Source: Neoechinorhynchus agilis (lineage: Eukaryota; Animalia; Acanthocephala). Taken from it: DNA of 64,000 bases. This document shows, piece after piece, positions 23,501-34,722 of this stretch. Within the stretch, counting starts at the first letter, position 1. Every line of letters starts with the position of its first letter. A model generated the notes under the pieces. That model saw only the letters and a program-made list of their open reading frames with translations, ran no database searches and was not told the origin of the DNA. A program made the position numbers and the translations under genes. The DNA lies in NCBI GenBank assembly GCA_051530055.1, contig CM121341.1, positions 7,604,784 through 7,668,783 on the forward strand, read 5' to 3'.

Positions 23501-26500
23501 TCGGTCTCTTCAATATGTATTTCCAATTTTATATCACGTAAGCAAGACTCTTCGTACATTGACCGAATTCTTTGGTATGGTCAACAAAATCTCAGCCGCG
23601 GCAGGAGCAGCCTTGGTACCGCCAACAGCTCCACCGAATCAACGAAACCCAAGAAACATCACATTCTCAAACGGAGCTCCAAACACGGTGTTGCAAGTTA
23701 TGAACGACAATTTGATCGTTAAATCGTTTGAGATGGTTCAAAACGAGAAACTCCGAGTATTCCGTGTGGCTCATTTCGTTACTCTTGTATCATATCTTCT
23801 AATGGACGAACGCCGGCGATTTCTTCACCTGAGTCTTCATTACTTCTCCATCGGTGGTGCCGAATCGGCGTTCTTCAAATGTCTCAATTATCTCAGCACA
23901 CGAATCACAGAACAAAACGACATTCTAGTACCTCTTCCAACTAACCTCGTTCAAACACCAGCGATACCATTGACCTCCTTTCTATGCCAACCTCCAACTC
24001 AAACAATTCCCGACGAGTTGATCAGTGAGAAAGATGTGTTTGGACTGTGTCTATCGCTCCTTACTTCACTTTTGGACTTTACAAACATTCGAAAATCGCA
24101 ATTTACAGTGCCAAAAGATGTCAAACCACCGGTGAGACCTTTCAATGACGTCGTGTTTACTCTTCGTATTGAATCTGGTACGAATTCGCTTGTCAATAGA
24201 CTTTGGAATCGATATCTTACAGCGAACGATAATCTAAACCAAGAATCGTCGTCTCCAGCAGCAGCAGCCACGGTCAAATTATGCGATCAAATACTACAGA
24301 TCATTGCGGCTCTTGCCACTGACCGCGAGCATTTTAACAGCACAATTGAGCGTAGTCGGGATTTGGACAATCATGAGGAATGTGTTGCCGCTCTACAATC
24401 TCTAGGAATCGGAGTTCTCATGGGTGACAAAGACACCGGAGATCTTATAAGCGAACACTTTTATAAACTAGCAAGTGGATCATCTTGTGGTGGTGGTGGT
24501 GATCCAGAATCAACCATAATTATGGTCAATCATCCAAAGACGCCTCAACCAGAGACCGCAGTGTCACATCTCCAAGTGTTCTTGATGAACAAAGCAGTAG
24601 ATGGTCAGTTTAAGTACTTGGTTGAGCACATGACCACGGGTCTCCTTCGACTATTCCAGCCATCTTCTTACTCTCTTGGGAAAATAAGAGAAATCGTGTA
24701 TCTTGTTGGTGTACAATCGAGAAACTCTTGCTGGATCAATCAATTCATAAAAGAGTTGTGTGGACGTATCATCGATGATCATCCTGCCATGTCCGTGTAT
24801 TTGGTGTTGCTGAGTGTTCTGCTGCAAGAACGACCCGGGCATACTGCTAGCGTTATCAGCGAAACCGAACTCCCTCAAAAATGTTCATATTTCGTCGAAA
24901 TTGTCAATAGTGTTGAACAAGTGAAACTTCTTGGGTCCATTCTTTTGTTTCTTGATCTCTACATGGTCGGAATTCGAGACGCTCAACGGACATTTCATCT
25001 AAGACAAGTACTTGAAAACACCTATGGAGTTTGGAAAGTCTACGAAGACAGATACAATCGATGGATGAGTCAATCGATTGTCAATAATGCAATGTTGACT
25101 CAAGATTTTATCCAAGGACGCGTACGAAGTACAGTCGCCACTATGACCCGTAGGTCAGCTAACGTGTATTTCACAGCGTTCTTACACATCTCAGAAGATA
25201 CTCGACGGACAAAACCTTTTGAGTTGTGGATGATTCCCATGAGGGATAAAGTCTTTTCGGCCGAAAATACGCCTAATGAAACCGCCGATGACTTAAACGT
25301 GATACCACCTCCGATTCACTTGACCTACGGACTAGACGTTCGCTCAATTACACGTGTGCCCTTTTTCTTGAAACCATTTATGGCCACAAGCAGCCAACGA
25401 TGTGATCCGTTTCACATTAAACGACCACCAGACGAACCCAGTGAAGCTCAAAGCGAACGATTCCTTCTTCAACTCATCCGAATTCTTCAAACGCATTCAT
25501 GTCTTGATTCGGACGTTGTCCATGCTTCAATGAGACTCATCCTTCGTCTAACTCAGTCCCAATCTTTGTGTAGAATATTCGTTCAACATAAAGGAATAGA
25601 AGCGCTATTTGCCATACCGGCATCTCATGCTTTCCTAGGAATAATGTCATTGACCATAATGATCATTAAACACGTTCTTGACACCGAACAAAATCTGGCC
25701 TATTCGATGGAAAAGATAATTCGTTATTTAATGAATACTCAAAATGGACGGAACCCGCCCATTAGTAACTCTTCGTCAAACATTATTGCCTCGAATCATC
25801 GTGAAATTTATTCTCTTATGCGAACACTCACTCCTGTCATGTGTAGAAATCCTCAAGTGTTCATTGAGACTTTAATGAAAACGGTTAAAATCGCTGATGC
25901 GACCGATACCAACATACAGACAATCGCAGAAGGTTGTGGATCAATGATTGTAACTCTTCGACGAAGCGATCAGCAATTCCATATGAAATTGTGTGATCAA
26001 ACTATAGGAATCGTCAATTTACTTCTTACATACCTCGGAACAACGCGATCCGACGGAGTTATTACACGTGCGGCTGTTCTAAGGATAATGAGCGAATTGG
26101 TCAGGAATTACAGCCTCCTCGCTCCACTTATAATGAATCACCAGAATGCTGAAGGCGAACGAACATTTTCATTGATCATTGACCGATATGTGGACATTGG
26201 ATCGTCGGATGAAGAACTCGCACCTTATGCCCGAATACTTGTGGTCAATATTGCCTCGGCAACTACGTCTCCAGCTGGACAACGCCAACTTATTCAAGAA
26301 CTACAACGATCAATTCGCCAGTGTATAAATCAAATCGAATTGACGAAAGGAAGTCAGTCGAGTTTAACGCGATTTCAATCGATTGCCGTTCTTCTTAGTC
26401 TTGTGGTTCACTCCTGTACCGGAGGAAATCAGAGATACGGAACACTTAGTACGCCAATTATGACGTTTCTTAAGTGTCTCAAGGAAAGTGGACTTTTGAG

Positions 26501-29500
26501 AGACTTGGTGATGGTCTTCACCAAGTTCCAGCTGAACCCTGCCGGTGAAAGTGTAATGAGTACTATTCAATCGATTAATCGAGCCGTAGACAGTCTCACC
26601 AAACCGTTCTATTATGCCCACCAGCAGACGTATACTGGTGCTATAGATGCCGCGGATCCACTATCGGAGAATCAACGAGAACCAGAACAACAGAGAAATA
26701 CGGACGAAACCGACGAAGGTGTTCATGGATCCGTTGAACCTGGAGCTGTGGAGGAAGCACGCGCTCCAACTCCAACTGCTTACGTTAGGATCGAACAGGA
26801 TGAGGCTGGTACTGCTCGGCTCGAAATCGATGTCGAATCACAGGCAATGAGTGATGAGAACGATGATGATGAGGATGAGGAGGAGGAGGAAGATGGGAGT
26901 AGTGGTGATGAAGAGGAAGAAGACGAGGTAAGTGAGGAGGACGGAGATGGAGATGGTGATCATCACGACGATGAGGACGAAGAGGACGATACTGAGTCAA
27001 GTGAAGATGCTCGTGCTCGAACAAATGTGGCTCGGTATTCCGACTGTGATGAAGAACATGACGAGGACGATGTGGTGCATTCAGGTGGTCAGCCGGCTGA
27101 AGCCGTGATTGTTCTCGGTGGCGGGGGCAATCGGGACAACGAACACGAGGAGGAGGAAGAAGAAGACGACGACGAGGAGTATTCAGTAGACTCAGATGTG
27201 GAAATGCAGGATGCTTTGGATCATGAGATCGATGAAGAAGTCGCGATGGAGACCGAGGAAGACGAACAACAATCCAATGTAGGCGCTACTCATGACCAAG
27301 ATGAACCAGACGTGGAACGGCACGAGATTCCTGTTGACGAAGAGATACTTAATGAGGCTCTCCGTATATTGGCTGAAAGTGACGAAGACTACGACGGTAA
27401 TGATATTGAGATCGATGACGAAGGTTTTATTGTGGGAGGTGCCGATGTGAATGCGGGCGGAGATGGCGACGATGATGTAGTAATGGACGACGAAGAAGAG
27501 GATGGTGATGAAGATGACGACGAAGACGATGATGAAGATCATGAGCCGGACGATGATGATGAACATCACGTCCATATTCAATTCGACTTATCTGCACGTC
27601 AAAGGGATCACCATTGGATTATTAATGAAGATCAAGCTCAGCCTTCAATGCCACCTAACATTTACGCGGATCTTTATTCGTCGTTAAGCGAAAGTGGAAC
27701 AACGATGAGCTCATGGATACATTCAGCCATTCATGCCGCATGCTTAGCTTCACTGACAACTGAGAACACTTCGGGTCAGATGTTGGCTCAAATGCATTCG
27801 ATCGTGGCGAATAGTCCGTTAGTTAATGCAGCCGGTCTAGCAACTGCAGGATGTGCAACTTCTGGAGGTATAATCCCTTACGGATCCAATCTGGTCAATA
27901 CTCTCATTAACGCCAGCTCTTCTTCACCTGCTCCAACTCAAACGTCGGTGATTGCTAGTGCTGCTGCGAATGCTGCCGCTGCTGCAATAACTTACTCTTC
28001 TTCTTTGCCAATGGTCCACGGACTCCTTTTGAGACGCCCTTCAGAGTTTTCATCGCAGTCTACGACAACTAATCGACCACCATCACAACGAAGCACTTCT
28101 CAACGAAATTTAACTCCAAACGACGCATTCTACACAGCAAGTCGTGCCGCTGCTACGGCCGCAAGTACGTCAATGGGAACTCAACGGTATGGACCACAAG
28201 TGTTCACTACAGGTCTTCAATCGGCAATGGCTACAGCTCGTTTCGACGATGTCTTTGGATTTGGCGGTATTCAAAGACTTTCTCGGTTTCCCGGTGCACG
28301 AGAAAGCATCTATAATCCAACAGGGCACAGAAATAGTTCAGTGGAAGAGGCGGCGTTTGTTGCAGGGGCACTGAGTGCTCGGAACCCCGTGAGTGCTATT
28401 CTAAGTGACCTTGGAATTTTAAGTGGCAATCAAAGAAACCCAGCTCAGATGGCTCAACAAATACAAGCGTCCGATAGTGTTGTTGTACCACCACCACCAC
28501 CACCGCCACCACCACAACAACCTGCTCAGGGTAGTAACGTATTCGGTCATAGCCAACTCAGTCTTCCTACTCATGCGACAACGTCCGCTGCAGCTGCAGC
28601 CGATATTTTGCTCGCTCCCATGGTGAGATGGATCGAAGAATGTCTGATCGTAGACGGTGTCTTGTTCCATCCATCAACCACTCTGCAGCGACAACAAGTC
28701 ATACTTCGACTGTATTCTGAAGTTCAATCTACGTTTCGTGAACGCCTCAATGAATATTGGAATCCAAATCGAACTTCAGGTGTTGATAGTCAACGCCCAC
28801 CCACCGATGATACTGGAACGTATTATGATCAAGAAATGGAAGTTCAAACTGATACACCTTCACTTTTAACCACTGCAGCCCATGACGCTAATTTCACTGA
28901 TACTGAAACGATGGATGTGGATGAGGATTTAACGTTGGAACCTTCTACTCAACGAGCACCGTCAACAGAACCATCAGTAGAACCAGAACGCGGAGTTGAG
29001 GTGGTGGTGGAGGAGGAGGAAATGGACGTTGACCACCCTCAAGAAGCAGTATCAAATGTAACGACGGAAGAGCCAGAATCTACAGTAGCGCCCTTAGAGG
29101 CTGTTGCTACAACCGAGCAATCAGCTTCGGAACCACTGTTAAGTGATGAAACTGTACAAGAAACTACTGAGCCGACAACACAACCTGAAACCGCTGATAA
29201 TGCCGAAGACGCTCCAGTTGAATATGTAGATCTTACTATAGAAGGCAGAGATTACCGGGTTCCATCGTGGGTCGATCATACGTTCCTCTTAGAGCTTCCT
29301 CATGATCTTCGTTTGGAGGTTATCCAACAACAGAATCGAATAGCTCGAGAACGAGAGCAGCGACGAGCTGCTGCATTGGTGGGACGAGCGGAACCGGCCG
29401 AGGAAGCGGATAATGCAGATGATACTCCATTGCCAGAAGTCAATGAAGACGTTCTGGCTGAAATGGGTATAAGTGTAGAGTTTCTAACCGAGCTTCCACG

Positions 29501-32500
29501 GAACATTCAAGCTGAGATTATGGAAAGTGTTCGTATTCAGGAAACAAATCGTCGTCGTGCAGAACAGGTTCAAATGGAAGATGTTGCTAACAACAACGAC
29601 CCGGCGGAGTTTTTACGTGTTCTTAATCCTACACTTCGACAGCAAATCTTTCTTGAACTTGACGACACTGAACTAAGCGCACTTCCGGATGATTTGGCTC
29701 AGGAGGCGAGTGCTCTTAGATTTGCCACTCACAGAACTCGCGCGTTTCGTGGTGTAGCTCGACGAAATCTCCTCCGGAATCTTCGTAACCGCGGTGCCGG
29801 TATAATATTGAGCCGGGATGAGTTTGATAATCTTGATATGCTTCAATGGGCAGCAGATGAGATAATGGAGGATAGAGAAGGACACGGTGGTGCTACATTA
29901 TCGGTAGACATTGTTCCCCGGATATTTAGAGGATCACGGTTAGCTCGACGAGGAGGTCGTCCTCTTACAATGAGGGACCAAAGACGGCTTCAGGTGCTTC
30001 AGACTGCTTCGGATGAAAGTAATGCGTCGTATGAGATGATGGATCTCGAAGTGACCAATGAGTTAACTACGATTCTACTGGTGAATTTATTCTTTGACGA
30101 TAATCGTCAAAACATCAATCGGGTTCAACGAATTGTTCGCAATTTGGCAAAGGGACACACTGTTGTCACTGATTTGATCGCAAGCTTGTGCTTGGTGATG
30201 ATGAAGTGTACGGGAAGGATTGAGTGCGTTCTTGGGGATGAAGACGAAGACGAAGATGCGGAGTTGGTTCTCGTTGAACCTCAATGGCTTCGATTGACTC
30301 GTACAGGCCCATTTGGAATACGCGTTCCTTCTCTTTCGTTCTATAAACGTCTAAATAAGAACCCTACCGACTATCCAACTCATGTCTGTCTCGATGAACA
30401 CGCGAGCAAAGATGTATGCAGACGAACACTTGATATGATCTCGTTTATATCTAATTTCACCTTTGAACGATTCATCAATAATCATCTAGATCCCCTATTG
30501 ATCCAATCTGGTGATTTATTTTGGCGAGGCTTGATTCAAGCTGAAATGAGGTTCGTCTACGGTTCTTCTAGTCCGCTCATTCCACAATTATTCAAACAAC
30601 CAACAGAAGGGTGTGAAGACATCGATTGTAGCATCTTTGCAACTCTTGTTCTTATGGTTGAACATCCTATCTTAAGAAAAGACATTTCACTTTTAGAATC
30701 GTTTTTTGTCCTTCTAGCCAATCTCAGTTACCATCTCGAAAAGTATGAAGTGTTTTGCGTGGATCCACCCGAGTCACCCATACAACGCAAGCAACTAAGA
30801 CTCAAAAATCGAAGACGTGATCAGACTTTGTCTACTGATACTCGACCACTTTTTGAAGGAATCGCAATGGAAAAACAGATTGACGCTCTCATACGGTTTT
30901 TGGTGAATGCGAACGATCCCATTGATGACGGACCGATTCCTATTAAGATGCTGAACGTTGATAATATCACTGATGTCCTTACAAACATTTCCCAAATCAA
31001 CAAAGCGACACATTCGCGAATCATGGATCGGGCTCTGAACGGTTTGCGCAATATCGGACGACAGTTAGAAGAAGAAATTCGGTTTTTGTACCAGGAATCG
31101 GCTGTCTATGAGATGTTGGAAGCAAATAAACTAATTGGTGGAGACGGTGGTGGTGGTGCCGATTCTGACACCGAAGATGAAACTCCACGAAATAGCGGAG
31201 CTAAAAAGATGCATGTGCCAGCAATGCAACCGTTTATTAAAAAGCAATCAACTCAAGGGTTCTTTCTTCAGGTTCTTAAGGTTGTTCTTGAATTAAGACG
31301 ACTTAAACCAAAGACACGGCAGACCAATCGTTCAGGTGTGGAGTCTCGTGATAATGATGCTGCTGCTGCTACATTAGAACCGACTTCTGGCGAAGAGCAA
31401 ATGCAGTCAGCTCCACAAGTATCCGCCGAACCTCCCTCCTCTGAAGTAATCGAAGAAACGCCAAAGTTTTTAAGCACTCAACTCGATCTCGGTGATCTAT
31501 GGACGGCTTTGGATGTCTGTTTAACTGAACTTCAGAATCTAAATGACTCACAGACTTTGTTGCTTCTTCAGCCGAGTGTAGAAGCGTTCTTCTTAGTTCA
31601 CTCACCTCCATCGGCATCTCAGAATTCGAATCGAAGACGTAGAGTGAATGCACGGACCGAACGGGAACAACGCGCACTTAATCTTGCCCATCTCATCGAA
31701 ATCAGCACTAATGAACCCGTCTCCACTGAACCTCAACAACAACAACAAGCATTGCAACCAAGTTCAGAGGTTCTAGGAAGACAAGCGAGCTCCAGTTCTG
31801 GAATGGATTACTCGTATACGGAAATGGCTATTCGAGAGCATAGCAGACCAACAGCCGATGAGACCGTTCGTAACAAAAACCTATTTCTTTCATTTGCCAA
31901 CTCTCATTCCAAAATGCTCAACCATATTCTTAGACAAAGTCAGAGTTCTCTTCTCGAAGGACCGTTCTCTGTCCTATGTGACTATACTCACATCTTGGAC
32001 TTTGATGTAAAGCGCAAATACTTCCAAGAGGAACTCATTAATTTGAAATCCATGAATTTGAGAGAAGAAGTGAACGTGACTGTGAGACGGGATCATTTGT
32101 TCGAAGATTCATACCGTGAACTTAATCGCAGGTCTGTCGATGAATGGAAACGTCGGTTCTATGTTACTTTTGAACAAGAAGAAGGACAAGATGCCGGTGG
32201 ACTTCTTCGAGAATGGTACAGTGTGATTTCAAAGGAGATCTTTAACCCCAATTACGCTCTCTTTATGGTAAATCCATCCGACCGTGTCACATACATGCCC
32301 AATCCCGCTTCACACGCTAATCCTAGTCATCTCAGTTACTTTAAATTTGTCGGACGAGTGATTGGAAAAGCGATTTTTGACTCAAAACATCTTGACTGTT
32401 ATTTCACACGGTTCTTTTATAAACACATTCTCGGTGTTCCAGTCGATTACTCCGATATGGAGAGCGTTGATCACGATTTTTATAAGAACCTTTGCCTGAT

Positions 32501-33140
32501 TCTTGAGACGGATGCCAGTGCGTACGAACTCAATTTCTCAACGGATGTACAAGAGTTTGGAGTTACCAAGACTATTGATCTCAAAGAAAACGGACGTAAC
32601 ATTCCGGTCACTAACGAAAATAAGCACGAATACGTTAGGCTTTTGTGCCATGAGAAAATGATCGGTTCTATAAGACCTCAGTTGCTCTCGTTCCTTGACG
32701 GATTCTACTCAATCATTCCAAAACGTCTTATTAGCATATTCGACGAGCACGAACTCGAGTTACTCATAAGTGGATTGCCTGACATTGACGTTGAAGATCT
32801 TAGAGCCAATACGGAGTATCACAAGTACAGATCGAATTCTATGCAAATTCAGTGGTTGTGGAGAGCTCTTAGGTCATTCGAGAAAGATGATCTTGCCAAG
32901 TTTGTGCAGTTTGTAACGGGCACAAGCAAGGTTCCATTGGGTGGATTCGCGTTTCTAGAAGGAATGAATGGTCCTCAAAAAATGCAAATACATAGAGATG
33001 AACGAAGCTCCAATCGGCTGCCTTGTGCACATACTTGCTTCAATCAGCTCGATCTTCCGGTCTATGAAACTTACGATAAACTTAGACAATGCTTACTGAC
33101 TGCCATACACGAGTGTCAGTTTGGCTTCGGACTCGCTTGA
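20514..33140 (+). CDS. HUWE1: HECT E3 ubiquitin ligase HUWE1, 4208 aa, no coding introns
   Basis: N-terminal MKVDRTK, ARM-repeat region (QPSLR, FQEP), WWE-like segment (GVWKVYEDRYNRW), long acidic tract, UBM repeats (FLLELPHDLRLEV, FLTELPRNIQAE), HECT domain ending LPCAHTCFNQLDLP...GFGLA. tttttcag acceptor directly precedes the ATG. Confidence 0.97.
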   Translation: MKVDRTKIRKLQADVSKESRQLIEKIRNASSGPDGPLSAQLLEMLGGIKHWPVGKCELLHWVDVLDILDEVLAENARRVFHWSLNCDVGEKDKLRDLLLAVLNFTALLVEHSYSRHLYSSVEHLITLLGSSDLQICLSVLNLLYVFSKRSTFIQKLPPHLKSPLVGALLALAQGYGGRQNHLDLASCCKIVPSEDFATQSSIEAAESLYYEIPREVKTNPVDSSTIKISFENVKESVQDSQINTPGQLMDEIVSHYKLESLLVPPNSQQQTISGGKSGQQVLYELFNRLRLAFYFGERQTRIQCVEARLQALSILIYSNLGGEHVHSLLYPGIIREFSDCLILENYEDLIDIKAGVLKCLTSVIHLERHINHTEIVESMQISSYHGFLPDLVRMCVRQLTDLSENVSYKLPHSFITALFSFLYHLASYDGGSEALISSGTVKALLDVVGHHDNSDANVMFVTRAVRVLDLITNVEMTNFQQASGVTIFIDRLNYETKQCRISQPFEIRLKNASSSRGSATPDSTSAEVGDSEEPTLIIEYIKPTRTCYHQRGALMKSILNFIKRSIGDHTMADTVRHMMEGSLPDSLKHILSNCEYYGPSLFLLTAEIVSLHIFQEPSQMSYLQEIGLCDVLLYALLKLEIPPTREVLASLPGFLSSLCLNQAGLTAFLRYKPFDRLFKVLLTPSYLPAMRRRRPNASTDHLTASPNVNSQSTAYVLGQAMDELIRHQPSLRQSAMQAIVGLLEELIQIGTNTNENNPDGIVDAIEGDVPIYEYITNITRFIEAVLTSNSSTEHLAEFMLIRGPEQLLQIPFLSNIPLAQTGLGSAQTVAGLLKLVIQNYRDDTLIRALIVSMDAVLSDFDRIFYADQFDCYIYQTVNSSSNVPFSRVHRNLAIMNTFCQLILLISKSPTGEARSLVYGVLSDQIGLDLIRQLCRVYVRLVDEEFILASSCLCHPEPVNIDETIKTNFNPSPIVRFMLLNSEPADHQPLRRCYLPPRSLQYVFPILYHVSKTLRTLTEFFGMVNKISAAAGAALVPPTAPPNQRNPRNITFSNGAPNTVLQVMNDNLIVKSFEMVQNEKLRVFRVAHFVTLVSYLLMDERRRFLHLSLHYFSIGGAESAFFKCLNYLSTRITEQNDILVPLPTNLVQTPAIPLTSFLCQPPTQTIPDELISEKDVFGLCLSLLTSLLDFTNIRKSQFTVPKDVKPPVRPFNDVVFTLRIESGTNSLVNRLWNRYLTANDNLNQESSSPAAAATVKLCDQILQIIAALATDREHFNSTIERSRDLDNHEECVAALQSLGIGVLMGDKDTGDLISEHFYKLASGSSCGGGGDPESTIIMVNHPKTPQPETAVSHLQVFLMNKAVDGQFKYLVEHMTTGLLRLFQPSSYSLGKIREIVYLVGVQSRNSCWINQFIKELCGRIIDDHPAMSVYLVLLSVLLQERPGHTASVISETELPQKCSYFVEIVNSVEQVKLLGSILLFLDLYMVGIRDAQRTFHLRQVLENTYGVWKVYEDRYNRWMSQSIVNNAMLTQDFIQGRVRSTVATMTRRSANVYFTAFLHISEDTRRTKPFELWMIPMRDKVFSAENTPNETADDLNVIPPPIHLTYGLDVRSITRVPFFLKPFMATSSQRCDPFHIKRPPDEPSEAQSERFLLQLIRILQTHSCLDSDVVHASMRLILRLTQSQSLCRIFVQHKGIEALFAIPASHAFLGIMSLTIMIIKHVLDTEQNLAYSMEKIIRYLMNTQNGRNPPISNSSSNIIASNHREIYSLMRTLTPVMCRNPQVFIETLMKTVKIADATDTNIQTIAEGCGSMIVTLRRSDQQFHMKLCDQTIGIVNLLLTYLGTTRSDGVITRAAVLRIMSELVRNYSLLAPLIMNHQNAEGERTFSLIIDRYVDIGSSDEELAPYARILVVNIASATTSPAGQRQLIQELQRSIRQCINQIELTKGSQSSLTRFQSIAVLLSLVVHSCTGGNQRYGTLSTPIMTFLKCLKESGLLRDLVMVFTKFQLNPAGESVMSTIQSINRAVDSLTKPFYYAHQQTYTGAIDAADPLSENQREPEQQRNTDETDEGVHGSVEPGAVEEARAPTPTAYVRIEQDEAGTARLEIDVESQAMSDENDDDEDEEEEEDGSSGDEEEEDEVSEEDGDGDGDHHDDEDEEDDTESSEDARARTNVARYSDCDEEHDEDDVVHSGGQPAEAVIVLGGGGNRDNEHEEEEEEDDDEEYSVDSDVEMQDALDHEIDEEVAMETEEDEQQSNVGATHDQDEPDVERHEIPVDEEILNEALRILAESDEDYDGNDIEIDDEGFIVGGADVNAGGDGDDDVVMDDEEEDGDEDDDEDDDEDHEPDDDDEHHVHIQFDLSARQRDHHWIINEDQAQPSMPPNIYADLYSSLSESGTTMSSWIHSAIHAACLASLTTENTSGQMLAQMHSIVANSPLVNAAGLATAGCATSGGIIPYGSNLVNTLINASSSSPAPTQTSVIASAAANAAAAAITYSSSLPMVHGLLLRRPSEFSSQSTTTNRPPSQRSTSQRNLTPNDAFYTASRAAATAASTSMGTQRYGPQVFTTGLQSAMATARFDDVFGFGGIQRLSRFPGARESIYNPTGHRNSSVEEAAFVAGALSARNPVSAILSDLGILSGNQRNPAQMAQQIQASDSVVVPPPPPPPPPQQPAQGSNVFGHSQLSLPTHATTSAAAAADILLAPMVRWIEECLIVDGVLFHPSTTLQRQQVILRLYSEVQSTFRERLNEYWNPNRTSGVDSQRPPTDDTGTYYDQEMEVQTDTPSLLTTAAHDANFTDTETMDVDEDLTLEPSTQRAPSTEPSVEPERGVEVVVEEEEMDVDHPQEAVSNVTTEEPESTVAPLEAVATTEQSASEPLLSDETVQETTEPTTQPETADNAEDAPVEYVDLTIEGRDYRVPSWVDHTFLLELPHDLRLEVIQQQNRIAREREQRRAAALVGRAEPAEEADNADDTPLPEVNEDVLAEMGISVEFLTELPRNIQAEIMESVRIQETNRRRAEQVQMEDVANNNDPAEFLRVLNPTLRQQIFLELDDTELSALPDDLAQEASALRFATHRTRAFRGVARRNLLRNLRNRGAGIILSRDEFDNLDMLQWAADEIMEDREGHGGATLSVDIVPRIFRGSRLARRGGRPLTMRDQRRLQVLQTASDESNASYEMMDLEVTNELTTILLVNLFFDDNRQNINRVQRIVRNLAKGHTVVTDLIASLCLVMMKCTGRIECVLGDEDEDEDAELVLVEPQWLRLTRTGPFGIRVPSLSFYKRLNKNPTDYPTHVCLDEHASKDVCRRTLDMISFISNFTFERFINNHLDPLLIQSGDLFWRGLIQAEMRFVYGSSSPLIPQLFKQPTEGCEDIDCSIFATLVLMVEHPILRKDISLLESFFVLLANLSYHLEKYEVFCVDPPESPIQRKQLRLKNRRRDQTLSTDTRPLFEGIAMEKQIDALIRFLVNANDPIDDGPIPIKMLNVDNITDVLTNISQINKATHSRIMDRALNGLRNIGRQLEEEIRFLYQESAVYEMLEANKLIGGDGGGGADSDTEDETPRNSGAKKMHVPAMQPFIKKQSTQGFFLQVLKVVLELRRLKPKTRQTNRSGVESRDNDAAAATLEPTSGEEQMQSAPQVSAEPPSSEVIEETPKFLSTQLDLGDLWTALDVCLTELQNLNDSQTLLLLQPSVEAFFLVHSPPSASQNSNRRRRVNARTEREQRALNLAHLIEISTNEPVSTEPQQQQQALQPSSEVLGRQASSSSGMDYSYTEMAIREHSRPTADETVRNKNLFLSFANSHSKMLNHILRQSQSSLLEGPFSVLCDYTHILDFDVKRKYFQEELINLKSMNLREEVNVTVRRDHLFEDSYRELNRRSVDEWKRRFYVTFEQEEGQDAGGLLREWYSVISKEIFNPNYALFMVNPSDRVTYMPNPASHANPSHLSYFKFVGRVIGKAIFDSKHLDCYFTRFFYKHILGVPVDYSDMESVDHDFYKNLCLILETDASAYELNFSTDVQEFGVTKTIDLKENGRNIPVTNENKHEYVRLLCHEKMIGSIRPQLLSFLDGFYSIIPKRLISIFDEHELELLISGLPDIDVEDLRANTEYHKYRSNSMQIQWLWRALRSFEKDDLAKFVQFVTGTSKVPLGGFAFLEGMNGPQKMQIHRDERSSNRLPCAHTCFNQLDLPVYETYDKLRQCLLTAIHECQFGFGLA

Positions 33141-33499
33141 GCTCCAGTGAGCCGAGAACTTAAATATACTTGTACACACACACACACATAAGCGAGCGAG
33201 AGAATTCGTCATCAACGAAACCCGAGTAGTATTCGAAGAAAAAACGAATTTGTCGAATTTAGAGGGTGGTCGTTTGAACATGTTGTGGAGCGAGAGCTCG
33301 TGAAACTGCTCCTTCATTGAACCTTCTCATGTCCATGATTTACATTTGCTCAATGCAACGAACCTCAAATTTTGTTTCATGAACATTTTCAAACTTTGTT
33401 TTAGTAAAGCATTAAATAGTGAGGATCTTTGGTTCTCGTCCAATCCCCGACGTGGATACTCAGTAGCTGATCCATACCAACTCTAAACTCATTTCTATC

Positions 33500-34400
33500 A
33501 TTACCAATCACTCATCCCAACTCAAATCATCGATTCCCCCCATGGACTTTCTACCCCGCGGTTTTCCGAAATCAAAAATTGCCTTTCCAATACTCGTAGC
33601 TTCCTTCCCTAATTCATCTACCTCAAAAGGCGACGTAGTCATCTTAACAGAACTGCGATTCAACCATCCTTCCCGAATACTCTTCCTGACGGTCACAGGA
33701 TCCTTACAAAATCCCGATCTAGAATTTATCGCAGTTCATAGCTTATCAGAGAAATTTCGCCCTCCGGCCTCTCGTCCTGATTCCTCTTTGCTCCAAATCG
33801 ATTCTATAACGGAGCTCATAAACTCCACAAATTCACACCATTTCTTAATTGTAGGCGACATTTAAGCCTTCTCCGAGTTTCGTCAACTTATTGACTTCCC
33901 AACTCGTCTTGACGGTCACCTCGACAAAGTGTTCACGAATTCGTTCAAGGATTAGATCTACCAATTAGCGATGCCAACGTCACTTCGATCGATTTTTTAT
34001 AGCCTTTCTCGCATGCAGAACCCCGATCTAGAATTTATCGGCCTAAATTGCTCAGCTACCTCTAAAATTTGCTCAGTTGATTTTCCTCCTCTCACCGAAT
34101 TTCTTTATAAAAGAATTCATCAAGCAATCGAAACGCCGCTCAACCCTACAACACTCGTAATCCCAATTCATCTTCCCTCCACTCTTTTTTTTCCGTACTT
34201 CCCAATCTTCTTGGATATCATTAACCGAAATGAACCAGAGGAAGGACTGAACCTCACAAACTCTCCAATAATGAATAACCGCCCACTTTCTCACTGATCC
34301 GTCATCCATTCCAAAATAAACAACCACGTTCAAGGAACCTACCAGAACACGAGTGTTCAAGAGTACATCCTTTTCTTTGTTCAATGGACTGAGACGATCG
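33500..34400 (+). mobile_element. Decayed LINE (APE endonuclease) remnant
   Basis: Broken frames with FRPP, FLIVGD and PTRLDGHLDKVFTN (APE-type motifs YRPP, GDFN, PTR...LDLV); the 3' part recurs at 15850-15990 and 36600-36775. Confidence 0.65.
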
Positions 34401-34722
34401 CGTCCCGATGCGGTCCGATTAATCGGAATCGACTGGATGAACCTTAAATTTAAAGTATTTTTAAATGAATCGCAAAGGCTCTATGGAACGCGCATTGCTT
34501 CATTAGAATCTTGATTAGCAATTGTAAACTTCGCCAATATTTGTTTTGAACAAATTTTCGTGATATTGGAATCGTAGAAATGGCCACTGATCGGCGCAAA
34601 TCAATACCTCTCGTCTCATTTTTAACTTTGTTCAGTGCCACAGATTTGACGCTATGTTACCTGGCGGCAACAGATTTTTTGAATCCTTTAATTTTTCTTT
34701 ACAATAAAGTCACGTTTGATTA

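Noticed and set aside
26850-27580. Very acidic D/E tract in HUWE1
   Set aside because: A known feature of HUWE1/Tom1 orthologues, not novel.
21297-31677. Short antisense and alternative-frame ORFs inside HUWE1 (likewise within CRNKL1, KIF23, DIS3)
   Set aside because: Expected shadows of long coding sequence; no motifs.
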